A stretch of 64,000 bases of DNA from Adineta vaga (lineage: Eukaryota; Animalia; Rotifera), in contig CP075495.1 in the NCBI GenBank assembly GCA_021613535.1, positions 8,060,001 through 8,124,000 on the forward strand. Direction: 5' to 3'. The notes beneath the pieces were generated by a model. It had not been told where the DNA came from. It saw nothing but the letters and a program-made list of their open reading frames with translations, and did not search any database. A program made the translations under genes and the position numbers. Positions 27,705 to 42,000 of this stretch are shown in pieces. Numbering within the stretch: the first letter of the stretch is position 1; each line of letters opens with the position of its first letter.

Positions 27705-30291
27705 AGTGTTATATCTATGTTTAGAAAATAAAAAGTGAAAGAAGGTTAAAACTATGGAACAAGATTGAAATAACTCTATCATATGTTGAGTTTAAAAAGT
27801 GTTATAATATTTTCTTCCGTTCCGTCCATCAAATAATGATATCATTCATTTTGATTAACATATTGTACCAGCGCATACGTGGGTAGCTCGGCTACTGATT
27901 ATCTTTTCAATGTATTTTGTTCTTCTGGATATAATAGAGTTGTGACAGTATATAATATTAGCGATAAAGAATTGCTCGAGACGCTTTGGAGGATTACGGG
28001 GAGCCATTATAATTCTTCAGCATAAGCCTATTCTCGAGTTTTCTCTTAGCAGAGTCATCAGTGAACATGAAGGGAGGAAAGTTTACTTTCTATTTTTCAG
28101 TAAGATCGTTCCAGGTTATCTCTCTGATATAACTCTAGTTTTTCTCTTTATAAGCGGTAAGGTTCAGAGAATGTAATATAAAAAAATTTATGAAACATCA
28201 ATGAAAGATTTGACCTGGATGGAAAAAAGTTTAATATTACACGTCAAAGAGTCCAGTACAAAAATGGTTGATTTCAAGATATTTCTGTGATTTGATAGAA
28301 GTTGTATTTGAGATTAAAAAGTTCTAGTTTTTTTCGGATGCCTTCTGAAAAAAAACTATTTTAAATAATCAGACAAATCTAACGTGATCCTCTATTTAGA
28401 AGTTCTAGTCTCATTTTCATATCGATTTCTGAAGCACTCCTATCAAGAACAATGCTACTTCTGACATTTCTCCGTTTATTTCAGTTTTTTTTGACGGTCG
28501 CAACTATTTTCGTACATCATTATCTTACTTTTGTTCTGTTTTTCTTTCATACTTTTCCAGATCAATAAATACGCCTCCGTATGCGATGTTAATAAAAAGC
28601 TCTTTGTCATAAAATATCGCTCTTCGACTATTTTCAATATTTTTAGAATCTTCTTGCTTTCTCCTTCATTATGTAACATAAAGATATTCAAAATACTTGA
28701 ACACATATAAAATAGATAGAACATTCACTGTTTGTTAATCTAGTCGAAACGTTGAAATTCTCGAAGCGAAGACTAGTTGCACTTGGATATTTTTTTCTCT
28801 TACTGTATCAACGTATCTTTTACTTAACTATTCTTGAATACATGTTGTTCTACATAGTTTGGATGTGTATAGTAAATCTTTTGTCTGAAAAATATCTAGT
28901 ACTTTTCTACTATAATCATGTTATTGATACGATTGAGGTTCTATACAAAAAAAAATGCTTCATGAAGTAGATGAAAATTGTAAGATATATGGGCGAAAGA
29001 ATGGCACCACGAATGGAAATATACAAATGATGTTTTCAAAAAACTCGAATAAAAGTTCACAGATAATGTAAAGATCTATACCGAGAATATATTATTTAAA
29101 TCCTTAAGCTTTTCAACCAAACTCATATCTTTAGCTTCAAGCGACGTAAATTTATCTAGGAATTTAATTTAACTGAAGGTCTTACTAAAGTACTCATGAA
29201 ATATTTGAATGCGCCATTAAAAGCTTTTTTGTCAAGTTTTTGCTTCGATAACTAGGAGGTCATTCTCTGGGAAGATTTCTAATCCGTGTATATAAATACT
29301 AGAAGTTTATGAACAAGTTTTTTCAGATGAAAAATGATTTCATAAGTGATAGAGCAATTTTTTTACGATTTAACGATTTGGTTCCTCTAAGATTGATAGT
29401 CGAACATGATTGATCTGTTCTAGACGAAGATCTTTCGAAATACACGAACACTAGTAGAACAGCAACATGCTGATCTTTTCTTCAAATAGCATTCACGAAA
29501 TCTGAGTTTTAGTACATTTGATTGAACCAACGGTAAGCATTTAGGGTTCTTTTAAATTTTCTATTTTATTTAACTATTTTGATCATGGTTATGGTACTCA
29601 ACGTAAGCAGAAGTAAAATAATTCTTAAGAAGTATTCATCAAATTCGACCTTCTTCTATTCTTATTAAATTCTGCATCACTGATCAATGAGTTTGAGAAT
29701 CAAAACAAATCTCATAACAGTACATCGACGGAAGGCAAAATACTTTACAAAATATTTACACTTCAAAAAGTACAAAAATGAATGATTTATGCATCGATTT
29801 TTGGCGTTTTGTGGCTACAGGTGATATCTGTCTGCATTAGGAAACAGTTCAATTACTAGATAATGCTATTCTCTAAGAGAGGAAATGTCAAAATATCATG
29901 TAGGATTTGTTCAGTGTTACGTCTTGCTTGACAAGCCCGTAGTAGTTTTTATCACAAGGATGTTTATTAAGACGAACCAGTTAAGCATAGTTCTGAATAA
30001 AAATTATGCAATCAAAGTATATAATAATATTTCGGTATTCACCAGTTCTTTGATTTGAATCGTTTCATATGAAATCAAACGATTTGTGTGTCACACAAGT
30101 GAGTTGAATACGGAAAACTTCGTATCATATACGTTCACAAGATAATGACTTTTGAAGAATTAAAAAGTCTTGAAAATAAATACTTTATCATTCATCTGTT
30201 GATTTGAAAATGTTTACACTTTTATTTATAGCAAATAATTAATTACTAACAAAGAAAACAACTAAGATAAATATGATCGACGGATCTTTTT

Positions 30292-31409
30292 TTATTTTGC
30301 AGTATTTCTTTCTATTTGACCAGCTGTACGTTCAGTTGTCATCGTCGTTGGTCCTATCTGAAATCTTCGACGAAATAATTTTAAAAAGTCATCCCGAAAC
30401 TTCTTTGAGAAAAACATATATACTAAAAAAAGTAAAAAACAAATTTTTTTATTAGAAAACGTCGAACTTTGATCAATATCAAACCATAGAATTGTGTGCA
30501 GCAATAAGTAAAAGAAAGTAAAGGATGAACGATGTATCCGATTAACGCTTCGATAGCTACTCTCAGTGGACTTTTAAATGGTTTAACGGGTATTGTTAAG
30601 AAATTATACATTGTATTGATTGGATAGAGTGAAGTCGTAATACAAAAGAGAATCACTTCACCAACTAGCATTTTCATTAGATCATAATCACGTTTATGTA
30701 TGTGATTATCTGCAGTTGATTCATTACCAGAAAGTTGTACACGTGATCGAATTCGTCTCAGATTATAATGTGCAAGATACGTAAATAATATCATTAAAAA
30801 TGGAGGAAGAATACCAATGGCAATCATTGCAAAGATAGTATAAGCTAAATTATAAGCTAAATTTATACTACATTGACCTGAAGTATTGTTGTCAAAAAAG
30901 ATCAATAGATGAACAGGCATTAGTAGTGTGCTAATTATAAGTATAGTTGTGAGACGATATGCTATTTTTGGTCGACACAACATTCGAATTTTTACATTTT
31001 GTGAACAAACTGCCCATCGATCGATACACGCGACAATCACTAGGATGATAGACGAAACATTCCAAGAAATGTAAAAATAAAGAAGAAAATCCATCTTACT
31101 GAAATTTCTTGAACCCATAAACAAAACATGTCCTGCATACCAACGTAATTTACATAGAACGTTTGATGTATGTATTGGCTCAATATGATCGATACCGTAG
31201 TAAGTAGATATGAGTACAGTATCAATTACAAGCCAATTAGCAATTGATGCACAGAATAGATAGAGTGCACATGAATTAATTCGCTGTTTCAATGTTTGCC
31301 TGAGTACTAATACTGTAAATAGATTACCAATGTTTCCGAAAACAAGTTGAACTGGTATTCCGTAATATCCTAATTGTTTTCGAATATCATATAATTGTAG
31401 AACAGACAT
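30292..31409 (-). CDS. Rhodopsin-family GPCR, copy 3 (diverged paralog)
   Basis: Same motifs (GNIGN, CKLRW, CIDRW, GILPP, HKRDYDLMKML) and intron positions; last exon VYMFFSKKFRDDF...NTAK*. Confidence 0.9.
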
Positions 31410-32233
31410 GATGAATTATGTTAAGACTAATGTTTGCTGGGAAGAATCTGCTATATTTATTTATTTCGAACTTTTTTCTTTTTATAAGCTGACAGATGTA
31501 CAACTGCAATACTTTCTTTTAATTAACTGATGATCTAGAACTGTTTTATTTACGATCTTTTATGGTAAAAATAGTATGATGAGTGCATTTGATTTGTCTC
31601 TGGTAACATATATTATATTCTGAAAATTTTTATTAGTAGTGATAATTCTTTTTAAATAGAAAGACATTATTTCGACAGTCATTCCTATGACAATGATCTG
31701 TACTTTGACAAAAGAAACTGATGAAGAAAGCCAGTATTGTGTAAACAGAAAAGTTTGATAATAATTATTAGATTCTATTTTATGATAAAATAGAATATCT
31801 GAGAAAAAAAACTAATCTATACATATATTAGGTATCTTTAAAATGTTTCTTTTCCAAAATAATAAGCAATATAACCTAGATTAACATCTTATGAAAATTT
31901 GACAATACTCAAGAAAGTCTTCGATTACAATCTTCTGCACACGAAAGTATGCATGTATATATATGGTTTTAAGATTCGACAAATATAATAATAATTGCTG
32001 TTGAAATTACTTCCATTTAATGTGAATAAATAATTGATGATAGTATTGATAATTCACCTCGCATTAGAAATAATTATTGAAAATATATTATTTGTATTCA
32101 TTTTATTCATAGTGTTCAAGATGTTTTTAATAGACGCATGTTTAAATATATATTTGATCAAATCTATAGAAGTTTTACAAGTCACAAAAATATAGAATCG
32201 TTTTTCGAAAGATATATTCAATATGGGTTGTTT

Positions 32234-35137
32234 TTAACGATATGGTAATTCAAATTCCAAATTATGTACATTTACGTTAGATATAATTCTTTGTCCATGA
32301 ACGTGTTCAAGCAATTCTTTCCAACTGTCATGTTGATTTGATAGATGAGTTAAATTACCAAAAATATATAATGCATATTTCGATCGTGTTAACATAACAT
32401 TAAGACGATTCATATCTTCTAGAAATCCTATGTATTTCCACTACGTACGCACGAAAGTATTACAATGTCTTTTTCTTTTCCTTGAGAACTATCTACTGTC
32501 ATAACTTCGATATAAGGTGGAATATACGATGATAGAAGTCGAACTTGTGCTTTATATGGTGTAATAATAGCTATTCTTTGTTGAATTTTAATTGATCGAG
32601 GATCATTTAATAACAACGGTTGTAATTGCCGTCTTCGAATATCTCTGTCTCGTATACTGACATTATCATCGTCATCATCATCATTGCTATGTATGGAATC
32701 AGACGATGAATCTGTACTAGATTCATCTTCATCTTCATTATCACTTGAGACAGGTGTAGATTGTGTTGCAAGATAAGCAATTAAACGTTGACAAAATTTT
32801 TGAATACATTTAGCTTCATCTTCGTTGAATGACGATCTGGCACCATCATACTGGTGTTGAGAATTAGTTATGTCATAGACATACAATGATTTGAGAGTAA
32901 AATGACGCATTCTTTCTTCAACAGACTGATCTGTTAATAACTGATTGTCATAAAAATATTCACTTGGAAATCGACATATATCTGGATGCATTCGATATTG
33001 AGTATCGAGCATAGTTATTGGACTATTTGGATATTTGTTAAAAAAAGAATACAAACGACCGTAGAGAGATTGAGATAAACCATACGTTTTTCCTGCATCA
33101 CTAAGAACGCATGGTGGAAGTTGTTGCGGATCACCAACAAGCATTATTTTTCTACAGCCAAATTGAAGCGATAACAATAAATCAGCTTCTAAACTTTGAC
33201 ATGCTAAAGAAAATAAATCATATACAATTGTTTAGAATATAATTTACATATTACTGAATAATTTTACGAAACAATATTATCTAATTAACATACCTTCGTC
33301 GATAATTATGAATTCGGTACATGATTTCAACAGATGCATTCTAGCACTACCACAATAATTTAGAGTTGAAACAACTATTTTTGCATGTCGCATAAGCTTC
33401 TTTTCGATCTCTTGAGCAATTTTGGATCTGTTCTTTCGCCTCTTTTCAAAACATTTACAATATCTTGTAACGTCATAAAGTCTAGAAAATGATCACATAA
33501 ATTATGATCATCCGGTGGCTGACAACCAATACGAACTAATGTACCTAGTTAAATAATATTTATCTACTATAAGTAAATATATTTCTTTAGAATATGCATT
33601 ACTTACCACGACTGTAAGAAACATTCTGGTTGCCAAATTCATCGAGAATACGTCGTGATAATTCGTCACATGCATTATTCGATGGTGCACATAGGAGAAT
33701 TTTTTGTTTACGTCCCAACTTCGATAATTTTGGTAGTAATTTCAAGACGATACCTGCAATCGTTCGACTTTTGCCTGTACCTATATATAAATATAAGACG
33801 ATCATGAAATTCTTAGTTTCAGCGTATATGAAAAAGACAGTCGTAACATACCAGGAGGACCATGTATCAAATGCATACGCTCATGAAGTTCATCAAACAT
33901 ACATTCCGCAATGTTGATCACCTTTGACTGAGATAAATTAAATCCATTTTCATTACTTTCACGCCGAGAATTATATTCTTCCGGAAATTGAAAATACACA
34001 TCGTTAATCATAGGTTTAAGTAAACTATGATGTTGAGACCATTCATGTAGATTATGTATAGCACTAATCATCCGTCTTGATGATGTTATATTACTTAATT
34101 TTGTTATTGTCAATTTCTTATCATTAGACTGTTCGCGATAGTGTTGAAATGAATCTGAACATGTACGTGAAACGTAAACACCGATCGTTGTCAATAAATC
34201 AAATTTGAGATGATGATCATTTGTATTATCCACTGATTTCAACTGATGATCATCATCTTCACTTGCTATTTTAACTTTTACTTGTTCGGCATGAACAATT
34301 ACTCCAAAATAGTTTGCACTATTGACTTTAATAAGTACTAGGTCAAAAAGACCAAGTTTCTTTGATAACGGCTTATATTCATCAGCTATAAGATAAAATT
34401 ATCAAATATATCAGATGAACATGATAAAACGTACCGAAAGTAACACGATTAGTTCCAAATATGAGTGCGCTCTCGTCTTCTTGATCGAATGTCGTTATAT
34501 CATAAAATAGCTCAGTATCAATTACCGTTTCACGTTCGCTAAGCGTTGTCACAACATTCTTAAAATCGCTCACTATTTCACTCCATAATTCATGATAGTG
34601 CAATGGTACTAAACATGCCTGATATAAAGCTAAAGCATTCTTGACATCATATGGCAGAACACTATTATTTGTTCTATCTAATATAAAGAGAAACAAAAAT
34701 ATGTTTATTTTATTTCGTATAACCTTACCGTATGTTTCTCGTACGGATTGTAAAGAGACCGGTGTTAAACTATGATGAAGTTTTTCAGTGTTAATCCTAT
34801 GTTGATACATATAATTTGGCTTCCATCGAGTTACAATTCGATCAAGTAAAATACGGATAGAATTTTTTGCATCATCTGTCCATGAGTGACCTGGTCTATG
34901 TTCTCTTGGTTCATTAGGATCAAGATCTGTGTTTTTAGAACCAATAATGGTTACACCTTTTGATGAAGAAAGCGTTTTTATAGCATTATGATCAAATCGA
35001 AATATGTTTAATGCTGATGATAGATCCATATTGAATAGAAATAATTTACGAGCTCGTTTCCAAAGATGACCATCTTCACCATTCAAACGTTCTTTGAACC
35101 ATGCATGACCTGAATACAGATACTCTCTTTGCTCCAT
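32234..35137 (-). pseudogene. SEN1/senataxin/Upf1-like superfamily 1B helicase gene carrying two 1-nt frameshifts; 5' end uncertain
   Basis: Motifs: IHGPPGTGKS, ILLCAPSNNACDEL, LVRIG, IVVSTLNYCGS, IIIDEA, LVGDPQQLPP, LDTQYRMHPDI, IITPYKAQV, TVDSSQGKEKDIVILSCVRS, RLNVMLTRSK. The frame is broken near 33420 and 32430. Confidence 0.75.
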
Positions 35138-36393
35138 ATGAAAATCTGTTAATGAAACATATCTGTAATAAGAAATATTTTATACAACATTTTTTCCCAG
35201 TATCAAAAGAATGACGTTGAAATCAGAGAACACATGACATACGATTATAGACAGGTAATTGAGTCACGTTGTCTTTACGTGAAAACATTTCTTTTAAAGA
35301 AATACCCAGACGATAACTTTAGAAGAGCTGTTGTCATGATAAATTTATTAGCGACATATATCTAAGAAAATAAAAGAACTACGCACAGAACGACAAAAGA
35401 CCTTTGTATTTACGGGTTTTGCGGTGTTTAGAAAGGTAAGTAACAAAATACGTGGGTTAAACTAAAATAAAATTGATAAGAAGAAAGAAGCAAAACAACA
35501 ATGTATCGATCAAATTCAATACCTTTTTTTGCAATATTTTATTCTAAAGCTTCGTGTACTATCGATTTATATACAGGAATTCTCTATCACAAGTATGTTT
35601 ATAACAATATCAGTACATAAATATAACGATGCTTCTTCTATACGTAATCCTCAGATTTGTTCTTAATTCAATTTACTATCTGCAATAATTGCTAAAATCT
35701 ACTTAATAATTTTTAACACACACTTATCTTTCATAAAAAAAAGAAAATTCATTAGTCGTCATCTCTTCCTACATCACACTCTATAACGTTTTTTTTAAAT
35801 ATTTTTTCAGTTTTGTCACGATTACTTTGTCCAATCATATTACTATATTGAGTATTAACATGAATGAAAATGAAATATGACCTTTGACATAAATGATAAG
35901 TGGTGGTACTACCATTGTCATTAGTTATAAATAAGTGTTCCATCGTGCTCAAGTTTTTTGCTAGATTATTTGAAATGATATAAATTTAATAAATCAAATT
36001 CTTATCTTAAACTCAGATGAAAAAATCGAATGTTAGGTGAGATTTCCAAAACAATTTCGTTTCGAAAAATATTACCAAATTGAATTATTTTATTTACTAC
36101 ACAAAATGAAAAGACTTATGATGCATCACTGAATATTCAATTGGACAGAGGTAGATCATTCTATGACAAGTTATTTACATGATTTTTCCACCGTTCAGTA
36201 CGATATAAACTTCTAAAAACAGAGTTAGTAATAGAGACAATTTTACTTCATCGTAAGAACTCTTTCAATAACAATATTTACTAATCAACAAGGTTTCATA
36301 CAAACTTTGTTCAAAATATAAACACTATAATCGACTTGGGTATTGTTTTATATTTTACAACGAGTTCTTATTGTTAAGGAATTCAAGAAAATC

Positions 36394-37846
36394 TTAATCA
36401 TTAGGTAATGTTTTTCGTAGTATAGATCGTGATGTTGTCGGTCGAGATGAGAGTGTTGTTGAACTTTTAGCACTATTTTCACGACGTTCTCGTCGCGATA
36501 GAATTGTTCGTTGTTTTGAGACGGATATTGTTTCACCCATTGCTGGTTCATGTATACGTTTTGTACGTGATCGTTCTTTTGGACGAACACATTGATCAGC
36601 AAGTAATTCATAAACAGCACCGCCAACTAACAGACCACGATCTCCTGGTAAAAATCTCACGAAACACGTCAAGTCATTAACAAGCTAGAGAAAATATGCT
36701 TATAAAAATACTATTCAAACAGAGAAAAATCTTACTGAAAGTCGATGTATACATTCACCACTTAATATATTCCAAACACGAACACTATCATCATCTACAC
36801 TAGCTAATATTGAACCATTATCTTCATCACCATTACGAAACACTATCGCTTGAATCCATCCTGTATGACCAAAGAGACGAGCATGTATTCGAGCTCGTTC
36901 ACTGTGCCATATAATAATAATCTTATCCCAACCACCGGATGCCTTTCAATACATAAAATCAAAGATACGAATTTCCAAAGAAAAGAAAAATACATACAAG
37001 ATAAGGTAGTTTTGAAAAAGCTAATGCACGAACATTACCAAAATGTCCTTGAAGCATAGAAGGTACTATTGGTGATGGTTTATCAAAGTTGTATAGGTAA
37101 ACTAAATTATCATGAGAACCAGTTGCCTGAAAAGTCGAAAATTAACGATTTCATTGGTTATTACAAAATAACTTCATTTCTACCATGAAATTCAAATTTG
37201 AATGAAAGGAAATTGATTGTACTGCACTTGTATGATGGTGAAAATCGTAAATTTGTTTACCTGTCTACCGATTAAATAGAATTTCTTATCAAAACATGCT
37301 AGTATTCTTTCTATATGATTATCTTACGATCACATTCCATACTAATGTTCGACAATCCCATCCACCACTTGCGAGAAATTGATTATCATTCGAAAATTGT
37401 AGACAATCTGAAGGATGTGTATGACCTAATTGTCATGCAAACAATTTTCAAAAGTACGTAATCTCGAAATCTTTCTTACCAGTAAATGTATGTAATAAAC
37501 AAGCTGTTCTTGTTTCATACAAACGTACATTCATATCATTAGCCGTTGAAGCAAAATATCGATCATCATTTGAGATCGCTAATGCTCGAATAAGACCTTC
37601 AATCGAAAAAGAAAGGATTTTTCGTATGAAAAGAAAGTGTTTCTATTGCTTTAACATGCCTGCATTTTCATGAATTTTAAATGTTAAATGATCGAATACG
37701 GTATTCCATAAACGAATGTATCCATTGATTGATGCAGTTAAAAGTATTTCAAGATCATTTGAAAAAATGAGACAATTTATTTCATCATCATGACCTCCAT
37801 ATAACGCAAGACTACGACGTGAAAAGAATTTTCCCTTCGATTCCAT
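36394..37846 (-). CDS. WD40-repeat protein (WDR38-like), multi-exon
   Basis: Repeated GH...WN/WD units: GHDDEINCLIFS...IRLWN, GHTHPSDCLQFS...ASGGWDCRTLVWN, ATGSHDN, GHFGNVRALAFS...ASGGWDKIIIIW, GHTGWIQAIVF...VRVWN. Basic C-tail. Confidence 0.85.
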
Positions 37847-38142
37847 GTCTCTAAAATAAGATTTGAATTTCGATGTTGATTATTATTGTTGTTCGTCAAC
37901 GACAATGTCGCTTAAAATGTTTTTATTCTTTCGTAAATTGACGAAAGAGAAAATGTGTAGTAAGTAAAAAAGACAAGAGAAGTATCGATAATTTTTCTTT
38001 TTTTTTTTGCTTGTTCTTATTCATTGAATGATTTCAAAACAACTTTTTTTTTCTCTTTTATAAAATTCCAAGGCAAACATCATGATCTGTATTTATTTTA
38101 GCTTGATTATCTTTTTACAAAACATTTTCTTTTTGTTTTCTC

Positions 38143-38968
38143 CTAAATAATTCCATGTTTTACTTCAAGTTCAATCAATTTTTCGTTGATATTATTAAAA
38201 TATTGTAATCGTGCAAGAATTTCTTTTGCTTTCAATAAATCCATTTTATTCAATGCATCAGATAATTGTTTCATATGATCATCAATTTCTTGTCGCATTT
38301 CAATTGTTAATTCCAATGGAAATGGTGCTTTCTTTTCAATATTGTCAGCTAATTCTTCATTAATTTCCATAATTCGCATGAGAAAATCGGGTTCGAGTTG
38401 TACAGGTGATTCTTCTAAAGTTATATTTTCTAACTTAAGTAGATAATGAGCACGTGCCAATGGTGACAATAAAGTTCTATAAGCTTCATTTAATTGTGTC
38501 GATTGCTCTTGTGAATATTGTTTTTCTATCTAAAGTATCAAACGAAAAGGTTTAGTTTTTCTTTTAGAATTTTTTTTTTATTAATTTTTACTTACTCACA
38601 TCAGATTTATTCGTGGAGAGATCAGGATGTAAAAATTTCATTTTATTTCGAAAGATTCGTGTCAATTGTTTTGTATCAATTTCGAATGAACGTGAAAAAT
38701 CAAATAAATGAAAATAATCCAGTTCAGAACGAATCGGTAGTGAAACATGTTTTTCACATGGACAATATGATTGACATTCGTTACGATCGATTTGGCGATG
38801 ACATTGCCAACATTGCTCAATCAATGGAGCTGTAGTACTGATTGACAAACGTGGAATAAGAATGAATGATTGTAAACAACTTTGTGAAGAAAAAAAACGA
38901 TTAGAAGTTGAAAAATGAATTCATCTATTTGTAAATTCTTACCGATTTTGAAGTAATCTAAGAAACAT
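38143..38968 (-). CDS. HSCB: Iron-sulfur cluster co-chaperone HscB/Hsc20, mitochondrial
   Basis: Transit-like N-terminus, CWQC...CPC metal module, J-domain DYFHLF...LHPD, LNEAYRTLLSPLARAHYLL, FLMRIMEINEEL and RLQYF. Three exons. Confidence 0.92.
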
Positions 38969-39089
38969 CTAGAAGAAACATTTCTCAGTACGTTTAATCA
39001 TATCGAAAAAGAGAGGAAAAGAAATTTTATTAGAAATAATCAAATCAATAATTTAAAAAAGGAGACGAAAAGAGAAACAAATTTAAAAG

Positions 39090-42000
39090 CTATTGTTCAT
39101 TTTTTAATGATGGTATAACAAAGATATGTGTTGGCAATGTTCTTTCTAGTGATTCATCGATTTCTTGTGTTTGTGGTCGAATCATTGATAGTTTAAATTT
39201 TGGTAATTGAACAAAACCACAGAGTGTAGCAATCAGTGTATAATTCACATCTGATGAACTATGTGGTGGAACAAGTAATGACGTCTAAAAATAGAAAATA
39301 TGTAGAGTAGAAGAAAAGCTTTCAATTCATTGAATTTCAAGAAAAATTACCAATGTACTACCCGAAACAGCAACGATAAGATTGATTTGTTCAAGATTAA
39401 TTTTGTATTCATGAACAATATTCGATCGATTATGTATACGATATTTGATTTGAAATGGTTCTTGCAAAGGTACTTGATTTGGTATTGAAACTTCAATAAA
39501 GACTTGTTGTTGTTCGACATTAAAATCCGATAAAGAAAATGTTGTGCATAAATCTGGAATATGTGGATGACTAGATCTTTAGAAATGAAGGAAAAAGTAA
39601 GAATAAAAAAGCGAAGAAATAAATATGAAACAAACCGTTTCCAATATAAACTATATTCACCAACAAGAAGATTTTGCACAGTAGGTGTAGCGATTGGTTG
39701 AGTACGTAGACAAAAACCTTCTGTTACTACTTCATCTAATTTTAATTGAGCTAATAAACAGACGAATAGAATACTATTGAATTATTTTTAATGGTTTTAT
39801 TATTCGCGAAAACAGCTCTACAATTCTAGTTATAAATATATGTTCGATATTGATTAGTATCGGAAGAAGAAAACAGTTAAATAGCAACTGATACGTGATA
39901 ATATACTACTTTTACTTTCATCTAAATAATACTAATAGTTAATAAGAAATACTTACTGTTATTAATCTGTGATTCAATTGCACATTCATTAATGATAAAT
40001 TGACTCTGCAAAAAAACAACAAGAATAAATTTATTTCTTCTCGAAGAGAATTCATATATTTACCGGTTTAAAATTACTATTAACAATAGTAATCGGAATG
40101 GTCGATGTACATTTTGTATCAATCATTAAAATAAATGGTTCTTGAGCTCGTAAAGAAGAAAGAGGTTCCATCTGAAATTTACATAACATAAAATTATAAC
40201 AATATCCGTATTTTTCAAGAACAAAAACAAGATCTTTACCATCATTCCCATTGTTTGAAATTGTATTGAAAACGGATTAACAACACTTAACGGTACAGTT
40301 ATTTCTTTCATACAATGTAAATTTAATCGTTCATATGAGAGCTAAAATCAATATTTTCTCTGAAATTTCTCTCCTTTCAATAATGAAATCAAACAAACCC
40401 GAATGATAATCTCTCGCGAACGATTATTGTTACATCGAATATATAAATCTTGTTCAATCTTTAATAGAAGAAAAAAACACATGTACTCAATAAAAAACAT
40501 CTTCTCTTGTTTTTTACTTCAGCATCTTTATTGATCGTTTCAAAGGTCATCGAGCAAATACTTGTTGTCTCTTCACTGTTACTGTCCGATGTGGAATAGA
40601 AAAGAAAAGCTAAAAAGACAAAAGAAATCTATGAGAAAGAAAATTTTGAAGATTTTTATTTACTATCATCCAATGTTTGAACATTGTCGTCTGTATTTGG
40701 ACAAGTGCAAGTCAGTCTGCAAATGGAGATTCAGATACAAACATAATCGGTATAAATAAATTTTCTTCAGTTCATAAAAAAAAACACTGCGAATACTAGC
40801 GTAATCACATTCCAAAAAGTTAGTTAGTCAATCAATTTTCAAGTTGAAAACACTTCAAAATTCTTACGTTGCTGTATGTATATCGACATTCTCGCAATTT
40901 TTAATATGAATTTTAATTGGATATGATTCATAGAGTAAAACGGGTAGTTGATGTTCAACAGTTAATTGTACTTCTGCTGCTCTCATCAGCACACTATAAA
41001 AACATCAATCATTCAATAGGAAAATATTCGTGTTTGTTTTTTCATTTTGTCTACTTTGTTTTTCGTCGCATTGGTAGATTTTCCCATAAAATGTGACCGG
41101 CTTTTGTTCGCCATTTGGGTGTTAAAGCTGGCTGTTGAAAAGATGGATGTATCTGTAAACTATTTCGCCATTGAAAATCAATATGTGTCTGATTCATATC
41201 CCCATAAATCAATGAAACAGATGTAATCTAAATGAAAGATTGTCTTAGTATTCAATTAAAAAAGTCCGTTTTTTTTTGTACTTCAAGTATTCGTTGAATG
41301 TGATCATTCTTTGGTGTGAAATTAAATGATAAAATTCGTTGTTCATTAGGAGCAAATGATAATTGTTTTGGATCGGTTATATTTGCTAATCCATCGTATT
41401 CTTTCAAACTAAAAGAAACCAATAATTGATTGAATTGTATTGGCAATAGAAAACCATTTCTAAAAAAACAAAACATGAGATTTAAAGAAGTTTTAATTTC
41501 ATCTTACTTAAGTGCAACTTGTAATGTTATTTCACAATCAACTGATACAGCTTCATGAGTAAAATAAACTTTACACTCGACTAGAATCAATAGTTATATT
41601 CAAGAAAACAAAAACTTTAAAAGATATTTTTCTCATACAGAGGCCATTGAATGTATCAGCATCGATAGTTATTGCTTGTTTTGTTAATAATGCTATCCAT
41701 TTGTCATTTTCTGCTGTTATGGCAGAATCATCTTGTGGTGGAATATTCTTTATATAAAACTCATACATAAAACAAAATGGTGGTGTTTGTTTTTTACTTT
41801 AAGAATTAAATTTTCCAAATCGGTCTGAGTTTGTGTTTTCACTTGAGCTGGCAAATTGATATCTACACGAGAAATTTGATTACCATTCAATACAGAGAAA
41901 AGATTTTCATACTTGGATTTAAAATTTCAAGACTAAATCGTATCCAGTCTTGTAAACTAGCACCCAAGTATGCACATCTTTATTAAAAATAAAAGAAATA

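Noticed and set aside
27850-30200. Possible transposon or decayed gene between GPCR copies 2 and 3
   Set aside because: No terminal repeats, transposase or RT motifs, or recognisable homology found by eye.
32425-32436. Programmed ribosomal frameshift in the helicase
   Set aside because: No slippery heptamer or stimulatory structure, and a second independent frameshift exists. Mutation or assembly error is simpler.
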